Part shown: in pieces, positions 1 to 9,129 of the stretch | Position numbering within the stretch: the first letter of the stretch is position 1 | Layout: the number at the start of each line of letters is the position of its first letter | Virus record (IMG/VR): IMGVR_UViG_3300048813_000140 | Coordinates: 114,702 to 175,837 of that record | Length of the DNA stretch: 61,136 nucleotides | Origin: a virus | Taxonomy: Duplodnaviria; Heunggongvirae; Uroviricota; Caudoviricetes | Direction: 5' to 3' (one strand) | Position numbers and translations under genes: made by a program | Notes under the pieces: generated by a model | Database searches by the model: none | The model's input: only the letters and a program-made list of their open reading frames with translations | What the model was told of the DNA's origin: nothing

Positions 1-3
1 AAT

Positions 4-447
4 ATGAATCGCGAACACGATGGCCGTGATAGGATGACCGACAGATCTAAGCCCATGCATTCCGTGTCGGCAGCTACCCAAAAAAGCGAAACCATTAAAA
101 AAGGTGCCGTAACACCACAATTTGGTCAAAAAGAACACAAAATAAAAAATTTACAACAAGAAATAGATACAGCAGCGTATCGCCCAGATCCTGCCCAGAT
201 TGACAAAAAGTCTTCAAACCGCAAACCTAGACCACAGCTAAAGAAGTCGCAGTGGTTGATGAGAGCGGAAGAAGATTACAATAAATGGGAAAAACGTGAA
301 CAATTTGAATCATTTATGAAGTCTCGTATGCCTCATTTGACTAAATCTGAAGTCAAGGCTATCGGACAAACTATGTTATTTAACAAGTCAATGAGATTAG
401 AGAAATCCCTAGATTTTCAAAATTTGATACCTTTTAAGAAAAAGTAG
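4..447 (+). CDS. hypothetical protein
   Basis: 147 aa ORF, K/R-rich, no recognised motif; true start uncertain at window edge. Confidence 0.5.
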   Translation: MNREHDGRDRMTDRSKPMHSVSAATQKSETIKKGAVTPQFGQKEHKIKNLQQEIDTAAYRPDPAQIDKKSSNRKPRPQLKKSQWLMRAEEDYNKWEKREQFESFMKSRMPHLTKSEVKAIGQTMLFNKSMRLEKSLDFQNLIPFKKK

Positions 448-723
448 TTGCATTATACCGATTTGGGCGAATTCCATGTTGGATGCGTAGTAACGTCCAA
501 GGATTATGGTTCTAGGACAGATCCTGAGCATGAAATTTTGAAAAATACAGAATTTGCAATAAACGATCTATTGTTTCAATTAGATGCTGAAGGTATAACG
601 GAAGTCTATTCAAATAAATTCAATTCTGGATTGTTCAGTGTACCGTGGTCTAAAACAGAAGCAATTCTTGAAAAAGAACTTAAATCATATCCAGAAATAA
701 CTTGGACTGTTTGCGATTTGTGA
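448..723 (+). pseudogene. C-terminal half of a Poa1p-like macrodomain (ADP-ribose processing) protein
   Basis: TSKDYG..EILKNTEFAINDL and NKFNSGLFSVPWSKTEAIL resemble the yeast Poa1p-type C-half (INSGIFGVPWKETERVL); N-terminal HACN/GIA part absent; TTG start without RBS, directly after TAG of the previous ORF. Confidence 0.55.
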
Positions 724-729
724 TATAAT
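721..729 (+). promoter_or_regulatory. extended -10 promoter (TGn-TATAAT)
   Basis: TGATATAAT immediately upstream of a 230-nt intergenic region; weak TTGGAC at 702-707. Confidence 0.55.
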
Positions 730-736
730 CAAGTCT

Positions 737-935
737 TGTAGTGGCGTCTATTTGGTAAATAGATGAATTCGTCATTGACCAGGGAATATGTGGAGATATT
801 CACATATACGAAGCTTTAGTCTTACCTGGAGTTGCTTGAAAACCGAAGGCATCTTATTGCGGTAAACCCTTTACCAGGGAGCCTATATAAGTGTGGTCCC
901 ACTGCATCGCGTTTATCTGGACACTTTGTCCAGAT
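737..935 (+). ncRNA. candidate structured RNA 1 (unassigned)
   Basis: TGTAGTGG(737-744)/CCACTGCA(899-906) closing helix; hairpins CGTCTATTT/AAATAGATG, ATATGTG/CACATAT, GGTAAA/TTTACC and a perfect 9-bp ATCTGGACA/TGTCCAGAT (915-935); no ORF in the track. Confidence 0.5.
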
Positions 936-955
936 TAATGTCTAAATAGGAATAT

Positions 956-1153
956 ATGGAAAAACCATCATTTGATTTTGAGACTTTGACCACAAAAGTC
1001 AAAGATGCCAACTATACGAATTGGGAAGATCCATTCGCTTCAGAATATGAGCTTATATCAGTTCAATTTGAAGGTCGTCTTATGTTGGACAGTAAAACTA
1101 TCAGACATAACATTGTTCTGTCTAAAGAATTATGGTTCTCAGAGGGATTATGA
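956..1153 (+). CDS. hypothetical protein
   Basis: 65 aa ORF, AGGA upstream, overlaps next start. Confidence 0.55.
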   Translation: MEKPSFDFETLTTKVKDANYTNWEDPFASEYELISVQFEGRLMLDSKTIRHNIVLSKELWFSEGL

Positions 1154-1359
1154 AATTCATCGATAGATTGGCCAAAGAATATGCTCGAAGTGAGCACTTG
1201 ATATATTCTGATAGGAATATAGCGGAATCAGCCTTCAAAAAAGGATGCCAAGACATCTTACAAGAACTTATCAATAGAGTTCCGCACGAAATGCTTGAGA
1301 GTGTCATAGAACAAGTTCTAAAAATGGAATACTCAGAGGAAGAAGATGGACAGGACTAA
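1150..1359 (+). CDS. hypothetical protein
   Basis: ATG at 1150 (GAGGG upstream, ATGA overlap with previous stop); part of track ORF 1132..1359. Confidence 0.6.
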   Translation: MKFIDRLAKEYARSEHLIYSDRNIAESAFKKGCQDILQELINRVPHEMLESVIEQVLKMEYSEEEDGQD

Positions 1360-1660
1360 AGAAATCATAGAAAGAATCGCTAAAAATCTTAGAGAGCAGG
1401 GTTATGAAGAAAACCCAATACACGAAAGAGTCGATTCTGGACTGGGCGATTATGATTCATTCTTCCAGATAATGGTTGACTCAAGGTTAGAGGGCGTAGA
1501 ACTTTCTGCAGAAGAAATCTGGGAAAACATGAAGAAGCAGATCAACCATCTTCGAAAAATCATCCAAGATGCAGAGCGTGATTACGGTAGATTGACAACG
1601 AAGTACAGAACTGCTCAAGAAAACTACGAGGCCCTACAAAGGGCTACAGGTAATGACTAG
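1346..1660 (+). CDS. hypothetical protein, C-terminal coiled coil
   Basis: 104 aa ORF coupled to previous gene. Confidence 0.6.
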   Translation: MDRTKEIIERIAKNLREQGYEENPIHERVDSGLGDYDSFFQIMVDSRLEGVELSAEEIWENMKKQINHLRKIIQDAERDYGRLTTKYRTAQENYEALQRATGND

Positions 1661-2184
1661 GAAACTACCAAAAGAAACGTATTAACGCCTTCTAATCCAC
1701 TCATAAACTTGGCAAACGTAGGCTTGCTAGTAGTAACCATTTCTACCCCTTGATATAATTCTTCGGATTGTCCCAATAATATGCAGCCCTCTGAATCACG
1801 ATTCCAGTTGCCCCAATGAAATAACAAGTCTTTATGCCCTGCGACACCAGTTACCTCAAAAGTCGTAAAATCTTCAGTCATGTTGTGCAATCTGTGAGGC
1901 CCTCTAACGCACACAAACGTGCCATTTGGAATCTTGGGAAGGTTATCGTAGGAATGTTCTAGGGTGTGAGCTATAACATTACCATTTTGGTCTTTGAGTA
2001 CGCTAAAGATGCCATCAGGACGAAAATGAACGCGAGTCAGTGAGTATGTCAATTTGCTTTTATCTTGCGATGCGTCAATAGGTTTCGTAGGCTGTTCTGG
2101 AGTCAATTCTATTTGTGCAGATTTTCCAGCCAAAAGTGCGATAATGGTAGGTAAATATTTCTTAAAGAGTTCGCCAAAGTTCAT
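1657..2184 (-). CDS. DUF5675-family protein (putative cell-wall peptidase/endolysin)
   Basis: TLE..IPNGTF..LLFHWGNWNRDSEGCILLG pattern (HxGN..D..GCIL); AAGGAG RBS; hydrophobic N-terminus. Confidence 0.7.
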   Translation of the reverse strand: MNFGELFKKYLPTIIALLAGKSAQIELTPEQPTKPIDASQDKSKLTYSLTRVHFRPDGIFSVLKDQNGNVIAHTLEHSYDNLPKIPNGTFVCVRGPHRLHNMTEDFTTFEVTGVAGHKDLLFHWGNWNRDSEGCILLGQSEELYQGVEMVTTSKPTFAKFMSGLEGVNTFLLVVS

Positions 2185-2194
2185 AAAATTCTCC

Positions 2195-2222
2195 TTGCTT
2201 TATAGTAAGATTGTGATATACT
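2195..2222 (+). promoter_or_regulatory. sigma70-type promoter
   Basis: TTGCTT-16 nt-TATACT with TG extension; ATG 8 nt downstream. Confidence 0.5.
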
Positions 2223-2230
2223 ATTCATAG

Positions 2231-2551
2231 ATGAAGATTTTGCTAGACTTTCAATGGACCCTAAAAATAGTAGACTGGAATCTAGATATACTAGAATTTC
2301 CTCATACAGTTTCATTAAAAGGTGTTAATTATCAATGGGTTATGTACGATTACACCAATATTGAAGCATATGAATATTCATTGTCTTTTGCAAAAATTAC
2401 AGACAATCAACTACCGCACGACGGTTTTGGTAACGTATTTCACGTACCTTCAATAGAAGGAATGTTTGGTAAGGATGAAGAGTGTGATTGTGGTGCCAAA
2501 ATTGCCAATACTACGCATGCATTTTGGTGCAAGAAAGGTAACGGACCATGA
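2231..2551 (+). CDS. hypothetical protein with C-terminal Zn-ribbon-like CxC..H..C
   Basis: ECDCGA..HAFWCK. Confidence 0.6.
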   Translation: MKILLDFQWTLKIVDWNLDILEFPHTVSLKGVNYQWVMYDYTNIEAYEYSLSFAKITDNQLPHDGFGNVFHVPSIEGMFGKDEECDCGAKIANTTHAFWCKKGNGP

Positions 2552-2802
2552 AATTCAAGTACGGAGATAAGGTGAGATTGCTGAATAATGATTTTTTCTC
2601 TGATACCACATTCACCGTCGTATCTTACGTTTACACATATTCTAACCTAGATTCTAAAACACTTAACAGTACCGGAGAAACACAATACGGTTTAATCGAC
2701 GACACTCTACAAAGACCGTTGGATTATATAAAAGAGAGTGAAATGGAAAAAGTATCGCGCAAGCCCCGAACCACTCATTGGCGTAGAGGACCATTCCCAT
2801 GA
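2548..2802 (+). CDS. hypothetical protein (SH3/KOW-like start MKFKYGDKVR)
   Basis: ATGA overlap; typical small phage protein N-terminus. Confidence 0.6.
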   Translation: MKFKYGDKVRLLNNDFFSDTTFTVVSYVYTYSNLDSKTLNSTGETQYGLIDDTLQRPLDYIKESEMEKVSRKPRTTHWRRGPFP

Positions 2803-2987
2803 AAATCTACTTAGGATACAAGGCCTTCCCTTTCATGGGAGGTTGGCAAGCGGTAAAGGCTTTCAAGACAGAGGAACAGGCTAAAGAATGGTCTTCTGAG
2901 GAAAATTCAAAAGTATTTCAAGAATTCGATGATTGTGGCCTAATAGAAGGTGAAGAATTTAACTACATGGAATTGGAGCTAGAATGA
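2799..2987 (+). CDS. hypothetical protein
   Basis: 62 aa, ATGA-coupled on both sides. Confidence 0.6.
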   Translation: MKIYLGYKAFPFMGGWQAVKAFKTEEQAKEWSSEENSKVFQEFDDCGLIEGEEFNYMELELE

Positions 2988-4120
2988 GTCTACCGAAACT
3001 TTTTAAAAAGACCTCCACAGGTGCAATTCAGTATTGGTCTGTTTCTGTTATAGAGAATTCAGATCACTCAACCGGATATGATCTATGGACTTTCTATGGT
3101 CAAGTTGGCGGTAAAGAACAGCAGACTGTAGATTCCATCTTTGAAGGTAAAAACGTCGGCAAAAAGAATGAGACTACGCCGCAGCAGCAAGCTGAATCTG
3201 AGGCGCAGGCTAAATGGGAAAAACAATTAAAACGTGGATATGTTCAGTCTCTAGGCGATGCCAGAGCCGACAAGCTAGATGAAATTATCGAGGGTGGTAT
3301 CGTTCCTATGCTTGCCTTCACTTTTGAGAAGCAGGGTAAAAAGATCAAGTACCCATGTTTTGTTCAGCCTAAGCTAGACGGAATTAGATGTATTGCCATT
3401 CTTAAAGACGGAAAATGTACTCTTTGGTCAAGAACCAGGAAACTCGTCACTTCATGTCCACATATTGTCGCTGAAATTGAGAGAATTTTTAGGGATGATA
3501 TCATACTGGATGGTGAACTCTATAATCATGAATTAAAACAAGATTTTGAGAAGATAGTTTCCATGGTTCGCCAAGAAGAACCTGCAGATGGACATGAGAG
3601 AGTGCAATATCACATTTACGATACGGTAAACAAGAATCCATTTTACAAAAGAACAAATTTACTCTATAAAGCTTTCAATGTAGGTTCTCCAAGTTTTAAA
3701 TATCTAAAATTAGTTGAGACCTTTGACGTAGAGAAAGAGGAAGATATTGCAGTTTGGTTTGCAGGATTTACCGATAAAGGATATGAAGGAGCAATACTCC
3801 GTAATTATGAAGGTCTTTATGTAAATAAACGATCTGCAGATCTCATTAAAGTTAAGGAAATGCAGGACGACGAGTTTCGTATTATTGGAGTAGAACAAGG
3901 TCGAGGCAAATTAACTGGACACGTAGGGGCCTTTGTCTGCCTAACAAGTAATGATCAGGAGTTTAAGGCCAAAATGTCAGGGTCTACAGAAAAATTGAAG
4001 GAATACTGGGAAAATATGGATTTATGGAGAGGCAAATTCTTAACTGTACAGTTTCAAGATTTTACCTCATATGGAATTCCACGTTTTCCGGTTGGTCTTA
4101 GAATAAGAGAAGATGTTTAA
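2984..4120 (+). CDS. lig: ATP-dependent DNA ligase with N-terminal WGR-like domain
   Basis: motif I QPKLDGIRC, ILDGELY, YHIYD, EGAILR, DLIKVK, C-terminal OB fold ending PRFPVGLRIR. Confidence 0.93.
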   Translation: MSLPKLFKKTSTGAIQYWSVSVIENSDHSTGYDLWTFYGQVGGKEQQTVDSIFEGKNVGKKNETTPQQQAESEAQAKWEKQLKRGYVQSLGDARADKLDEIIEGGIVPMLAFTFEKQGKKIKYPCFVQPKLDGIRCIAILKDGKCTLWSRTRKLVTSCPHIVAEIERIFRDDIILDGELYNHELKQDFEKIVSMVRQEEPADGHERVQYHIYDTVNKNPFYKRTNLLYKAFNVGSPSFKYLKLVETFDVEKEEDIAVWFAGFTDKGYEGAILRNYEGLYVNKRSADLIKVKEMQDDEFRIIGVEQGRGKLTGHVGAFVCLTSNDQEFKAKMSGSTEKLKEYWENMDLWRGKFLTVQFQDFTSYGIPRFPVGLRIREDV

Positions 4121-4132
4121 CAAGGAGACAAT

Positions 4133-4540
4133 ATGTCAGATGCGATCAAGTATTTACATTTCAACAACACCTACATCAAGAAGGAAGACAGTAAGAAGTT
4201 CAGGCGCAAATACGCCAGTAGAACAGTGGCTGCTAAGGCTGCGCCCGCTGCCGACATTCTAGCTTTGGCTCATAATTACGCTGGATCTACGCAGGAATTC
4301 GTTTATGGCCTTCTGGTAGGTGTTACGGTTCTTTCTATAGATGATGTATATGACAGAAAACTTGGAAGACAGTTTGCCACAGAGAAAATGACATCAGTTG
4401 AACTTACTATAAATTCTATCGTAACCAACAAAACGCACATATTCGTACATTTTAAGACCTATAAAGGTGTAGATTTATCGCTTAGATTGAACAAAAATAC
4501 AGGGTTTTCGACAGTTGTCGGAAACTTCATGGGAGATTAG
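4133..4540 (+). CDS. hypothetical protein
   Basis: AAGGAG RBS, 135 aa. Confidence 0.7.
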   Translation: MSDAIKYLHFNNTYIKKEDSKKFRRKYASRTVAAKAAPAADILALAHNYAGSTQEFVYGLLVGVTVLSIDDVYDRKLGRQFATEKMTSVELTINSIVTNKTHIFVHFKTYKGVDLSLRLNKNTGFSTVVGNFMGD

Positions 4541-4670
4541 GCGTGAGCTAACGCTCTAGAGTAAGTCGGACAAGTAGCCACAAAGACTGTACGCGAACGG
4601 GAAACAAAAAGAACTGGCGAATCTAGAATAGCCAAGAAAGCCAATATCAAACAGTGACTCGGTGGTACGC

Positions 4671-4979
4671 CTAATCTTTTAACCAATCAGGAAGTTCTGG
4701 GAGTGGGACAGATTGTCCCTTCAAGGCGTGAGTACAATCGTCTAAGAACTGCAAAACACCGTTCTTTAAAAATGAATGGCAGATAGTTTTACCAGATTCA
4801 TCTTGTCCAGTAGACAAGATACTGGGGCTAATTGTTGGAGAATTATAATTTCCATCGAAAGACCAGGACCCGTTACCGGTGATCGTAATAGTATGAGGAT
4901 TTTCGCATCCAGGACAATAAAATACTAGAGCGTCTTTTTCATAATATTTGCAGGTCCTGAATTTTCCTCTTTGACCCAC
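4671..4979 (-). CDS. DUF6527-like small Cys/His protein
   Basis: FYCPGCENPH..WSFDGNYNSPTISPSIL..CHSFLKNGVLQFLDDCTH. Confidence 0.65.
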   Translation of the reverse strand: MGQRGKFRTCKYYEKDALVFYCPGCENPHTITITGNGSWSFDGNYNSPTISPSILSTGQDESGKTICHSFLKNGVLQFLDDCTHALKGQSVPLPELPDWLKD

Positions 4980-5746
4980 TATACCGCTCTTTGAACAGAA
5001 TATAGATCGTAATCTTGAGAATGATAGTCTAGTTTTCCAGATTTGTCGAATGTAAATCCACGACTAAGATATGTAAGGGTACATCTACAATGGGGATGAA
5101 GTCCAAAAGCAGAAGGCTGTGTCTCGCCACGCTTATGGTAGCCCTGCTTAAGTTCGGAAAATTTATAAAGCCTAGGCGTAATACCGTCAGGCATCATGTG
5201 GAGTTTGAGGCATTCTTTGCAGGTACTAGCATCTTTTACCATTATGAAGAACACGGTAGGATCACTATCATTGACATTTGCCGCACTACGAGTGATATCC
5301 ATCATTGAGCCAAGATTTCTTAGTTTGGTAGCTTCAGATTCAATCACAGTTTTTAAGTGTGTGCTAGCCTTACCCATCTCTTCTTGAATGGCGTTTTCAA
5401 GGAATTGTGAATCTACCGGTTCATTCCTGATCCTGGCTTCCTTCACGATACCGTCAACTAATTCTGTGACATTAGATCTGGTCTTACTTTTCAATGATTC
5501 GATATAGCCGTCAGCGCTTACTAATAAGCTCCTTAAAACATCCTGCTCCAAAGCATTTGGCATCTTGTTTTGCATGGCTTGAACGAATAGATTGGAAAGG
5601 CCGAAGTTTTCTTGGGAGCTAAATACGGCTAACTTTTTATTCTGATACTTTGGAAGATTTCCGATGAATTGCAAGGCTATACGATCAAAGATGTCATCTA
5701 TGATCTTACCTATGCTATCTTTACCATTTCCAGAGATGCCAAACAT
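4979..5746 (-). CDS. phage head morphogenesis / minor capsid protein (Mu gpF/SPP1 gp7-like)
   Basis: C-terminal TCKEC...LHPHCRCTL motif; downstream of portal. Confidence 0.75.
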   Translation of the reverse strand: MFGISGNGKDSIGKIIDDIFDRIALQFIGNLPKYQNKKLAVFSSQENFGLSNLFVQAMQNKMPNALEQDVLRSLLVSADGYIESLKSKTRSNVTELVDGIVKEARIRNEPVDSQFLENAIQEEMGKASTHLKTVIESEATKLRNLGSMMDITRSAANVNDSDPTVFFIMVKDASTCKECLKLHMMPDGITPRLYKFSELKQGYHKRGETQPSAFGLHPHCRCTLTYLSRGFTFDKSGKLDYHSQDYDLYSVQRAV

Positions 5747-5751
5747 GTGAC

Positions 5752-6063
5752 CTACTTAAAGTTTGTTAATATAAACGGCTCTTTAGAGGCAATAACGTCG
5801 CCGGTTAGGGTTCCGGTAAATGGAACTTGACCACATTTCTTACAAGGTGGATGACCATCACCTACGAAGTTGTCGTAGTCGTGCTGACATTGAGTGTTTG
5901 GTACGGTAAAGGTTAAAGGAGACAGAATGGCAGGATACTGTTGATATGGATTAAGAACTTTGTACTTTTCAACATCGCCGATCCGCGTAAGAAGTTTTAC
6001 CTTGAGTTCTTCAGATAGGGGTTCTGTCAGTAATAATTGTACTAAAAATTCAATTTCTGTCAT
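5752..6063 (-). CDS. hypothetical protein with Zn-ribbon (CQH..CKKCG)
   Basis: 103 aa in head operon, tight spacing. Confidence 0.6.
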   Translation of the reverse strand: MTEIEFLVQLLLTEPLSEELKVKLLTRIGDVEKYKVLNPYQQYPAILSPLTFTVPNTQCQHDYDNFVGDGHPPCKKCGQVPFTGTLTGDVIASKEPFILTNFK

Positions 6064-6065
6064 AA

Positions 6066-6731
6066 TTACTTCTTGGTAATGCCTTCTTTATTTAGCGTAG
6101 CCATGATATCTTTGCTGACTTGCTTTTCTTCTTGTTCCCACTTCTTCATTACGTCTGCCACGATCTTGTGCTGTAGAGTAACTGCAGTTTTGGCATTTGA
6201 AGACATGTTGTGATTGGCTTGATTTCCAATATTAAACTGGGGTTTATGGAGAGCCTTAGCGATTCCTTTAATGGCTTCTGCAGATTTTTTGAGTTCGATT
6301 TCTTGTTTCAGATCTTTTACGTATTTTTGCAGTTCTTCTGGATCAAGCTCTGATTTACTCAACATGTTCTCTAAAGTAGAAATATGTTGATCCAGTTCGG
6401 TTCCATCTGGATGTTCAGATTCTGCCATAGGCTGTGCTTCCACTTGAGGATTGGCAGGTTGTCCAGGAGCTGCTCCGCCAGGCATTGGAGCACTATGATC
6501 ATCTCCAGGTTGACTAGCACCACTCTCTTGGCTAGGATCTCCGCCAGGTTGTCCTGGCTGTCCAGGTTGTTGAGCTGAAGCTTCTTGCTCTTGAGCCTTT
6601 TGTTGGGTAGCTTGTTGAGTAGCCTGTTTAGAGCCTTCTCCGAAGCCTAATCGAAAAGCCAAGTCAACTGACTTTTTGAAGTTCAGTTTTAGCTCTTGAT
6701 ATTTCATCTTATAATTTACGTCGCCGCTCAT
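6066..6731 (-). CDS. hypothetical protein with Q/P/G low-complexity linker (possible scaffold-like)
   Basis: 221 aa directly after portal; helical ends and a disordered middle. Confidence 0.6.
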   Translation of the reverse strand: MSGDVNYKMKYQELKLNFKKSVDLAFRLGFGEGSKQATQQATQQKAQEQEASAQQPGQPGQPGGDPSQESGASQPGDDHSAPMPGGAAPGQPANPQVEAQPMAESEHPDGTELDQHISTLENMLSKSELDPEELQKYVKDLKQEIELKKSAEAIKGIAKALHKPQFNIGNQANHNMSSNAKTAVTLQHKIVADVMKKWEQEEKQVSKDIMATLNKEGITKK

Positions 6732-6732
6732 A

Positions 6733-8583
6733 TTAATCCTCTTCCAACATGTCTTCTATGTCCATCATCAAGAATTGCATCGCGTAGGGCTTGGGAGCCA
6801 ACAAAGCAAAAACTGCCTCTGGACTAGTTTGGGCCAATAACTGAAGGTATTGAATCCAAAATGGATCTCGTTTGTATTGTAATAATGGATCAGAAAAAGC
6901 CGTTACATCATTGAAGAACGTAGACTTGATTTCACCAACATCGTTATATTTATCTAAAAGTAATTGGAAACGTTCGTTGAACGGCATATTGCCGCCCATT
7001 ATACCCAATACTGAATCTTTATCAACTTCCTGCATTACGTCGTTGTAAGACATGGAAACAACCATATCTTGTTGTAGGCGGGTAGTTTCCTGCTCTTTGC
7101 TTTGGCTGTCTAATCCGGCAAGTTTGATCTCACAGACTTTAGCTAGCAAAGGATCTATCAGTGGTAATAGTCTTTGATTGAAGAATGTAGCAAATTTCAA
7201 GACTAAAGGTCGTAGGCCTGTATCGCGAGCTGCGGTAAGTTTGAATTCGTTATTGGATTCAGATAAAGTTTGAGAATTCGTACCTTTGCTCAAATGTCCA
7301 TAACCAGGCAATTCATCAGGGCTCACACCGAAAGCTGACAAGATGTTCCTGGCAATTTGATCATACATAAATTGAAATTCATCGCCTAATCCTTCACCGG
7401 TCATAGGCAACCACGTAACATCATCTTCTGACCCTATACCGAATATCGGGGTCCTGAAGGAGTTACTAACGCTGTTGATAGAAGCGTTAAACTGCAATTT
7501 CATGTTATCTAAGGCTTGTTGGTCAACTTCGTCCGATTTGATGACAAGCATGCCTTTTGTCGCTCTACCGTTTTGGAAATAGAGCTTCTTATAAGCGTCA
7601 ATGCTAATGTGGGTAGTAACGCTAGAAACAACAGTGTCCAAAGGAGAAATAGGATACCCATTATGCTCCACATCAGAAGAAGGGAACAAAGTATATACGA
7701 GCATCTCATCATGCGTGAAAGCTTGTCTTGGAGTACCGTCAATGATTTGAAGCCATGCATATTGGTCTTCTTGTAGTGCTTTAATGTCGATGTTGATTTT
7801 TTCGCCAGTCAAGCTCTCTAAAGCCCTAATAGCTGTAGCACGAAGATTATTTCCTACGTATTCGCCTTTTCTGACTGCCCTAACGATTGTAGCAACGTCT
7901 ACAGGTCTAAATCTATGAAAAGGATAATTACCGTCTTGATCTGGCTCAGCACTTCTATCATAGATGATCTCAGTAGCGAACCTACCAAATGTAAGACCGT
8001 TCCTACACTGAATGTCCATGTACTCAGCTAATGTGAGTTTTTCTTGATTTTCGAGTTCGTCAGTATGTCCGCAGTTAAGGATGATCTTCTCTGCTCTCTT
8101 AATTCTCTCTTTAACTTTATCGAACTGCTCTGGGGTCAAGATCTTATAGAATTCTGGTTTAATTTCAAACTCAATACCGATATCAAATCTATCAGCGCGT
8201 AAATGTCCAAACAGCGACATCATATTGCCACGGGCACGCAAGATGGCAGCTACTAGATGGTCAGTGATCCTGATCTGTTTGAGCACTTCATCAGGTAATG
8301 CTCTGCGTTTGGTTTTATATAAACCAAGGAAATTGTCGGTAGGGGCCGGATTCTCAGTAAACGCTAAAGCTGGAGCCTTTTTACTATTTGCACTTCCACT
8401 AGCCTGATGAATAGCGTACAACAATGGATCGTTTTCAGATTTTGAAAAACCTGCACTATCCATAGTTTCAGCAGCATCTTGGCTTAAAGCAAATACCATC
8501 TTATTCTTGACAGAATTATTGATAGTCTGCGCAGCTAGGACGGCTTCTTGGGCTTTCTGTTCAGCAGATTTTTGATCACTCAT
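6733..8583 (-). CDS. phage portal protein
   Basis: 616 aa; FRPVDVATI, GYPISPLD, YFQNGRATKGML, ILSAFGVSPDELP match HK97/T4-like portal patterns; between TerL and head morphogenesis gene. Confidence 0.85.
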   Translation of the reverse strand: MSDQKSAEQKAQEAVLAAQTINNSVKNKMVFALSQDAAETMDSAGFSKSENDPLLYAIHQASGSANSKKAPALAFTENPAPTDNFLGLYKTKRRALPDEVLKQIRITDHLVAAILRARGNMMSLFGHLRADRFDIGIEFEIKPEFYKILTPEQFDKVKERIKRAEKIILNCGHTDELENQEKLTLAEYMDIQCRNGLTFGRFATEIIYDRSAEPDQDGNYPFHRFRPVDVATIVRAVRKGEYVGNNLRATAIRALESLTGEKINIDIKALQEDQYAWLQIIDGTPRQAFTHDEMLVYTLFPSSDVEHNGYPISPLDTVVSSVTTHISIDAYKKLYFQNGRATKGMLVIKSDEVDQQALDNMKLQFNASINSVSNSFRTPIFGIGSEDDVTWLPMTGEGLGDEFQFMYDQIARNILSAFGVSPDELPGYGHLSKGTNSQTLSESNNEFKLTAARDTGLRPLVLKFATFFNQRLLPLIDPLLAKVCEIKLAGLDSQSKEQETTRLQQDMVVSMSYNDVMQEVDKDSVLGIMGGNMPFNERFQLLLDKYNDVGEIKSTFFNDVTAFSDPLLQYKRDPFWIQYLQLLAQTSPEAVFALLAPKPYAMQFLMMDIEDMLEED

Positions 8584-8586
8584 ACG

Positions 8587-9114
8587 TTATACCCTATTAC
8601 CCTTAGAGCTATTTTGCGATTTAGGTAAAATTTGCAAATTCCAGGGAACATGAAGTCCACTTACATTTTCTCCCTGAAGAGGGATTATATGATCAACCGA
8701 TAGCGGATCAGTTGGATCGCTCAACCACTGAAGTTCTTTGGCTAATATATAAAATTCTTTGATTTCTAAAAGCTGTTCTGCTGATATCCATGGCGGCGTT
8801 CGTTTCATTTTAGAGGCGCGACGCTTGGCACTTTTAAAATTGACTTTATCCATATTGTTTTTGCGCCATACATTGTAGGTATTTTTTGTTCTTTCTATGT
8901 TGTTTTTGCGCCACTCTTCCATACGAATACTGACAGAATTTTCGTTTTCGGACACCCACTTAGAATAATTATCTGGATTATTGGATCGCCAAACGGCTAA
9001 ATACTCATTCATACATGATTTACAACGCCTCTGAAGACCATCTTTATTCGACTTCTTTTTGCTGAAATCTTTCAATGACTTGTCTTTCATGCATTTTTTA
9101 CATTTCTTCATCAC
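8587..9114 (-). mobile_element. free-standing HNH homing endonuclease
   Basis: N-terminal CxxC..CxxC; VDHIIPLQGENVSGLHVPWNLQILPKSQNSSKGN. Confidence 0.85.
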
Positions 9115-9119
9115 GTATC

Positions 9120-9128
9120 CTTATATCA
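9120..9128 (-). promoter_or_regulatory. extended -10 element TGATATAAG
   Basis: 5-8 nt upstream of the GTG/ATG of the HNH gene. Confidence 0.4.
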
Positions 9129-9129
9129 C

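Noticed and set aside
4-723. TAG read-through / alternative genetic code (TAG=Gln), suggested by two abutting in-frame ORFs
   Set aside because: All long conserved genes are intact under code 11 and several end cleanly at TAG; the fused product would not restore the missing macrodomain N-terminus.
855-910. Group I intron P/Q-like elements (ATTGCGGTAAA ... CTGCA)
   Set aside because: No room or sequence for R/S elements downstream, and no interrupted gene.
4541-4670. Small gene or terminator between the convergent operons
   Set aside because: Only short frames without a convincing start/RBS, and no clear hairpin with a U-tract.
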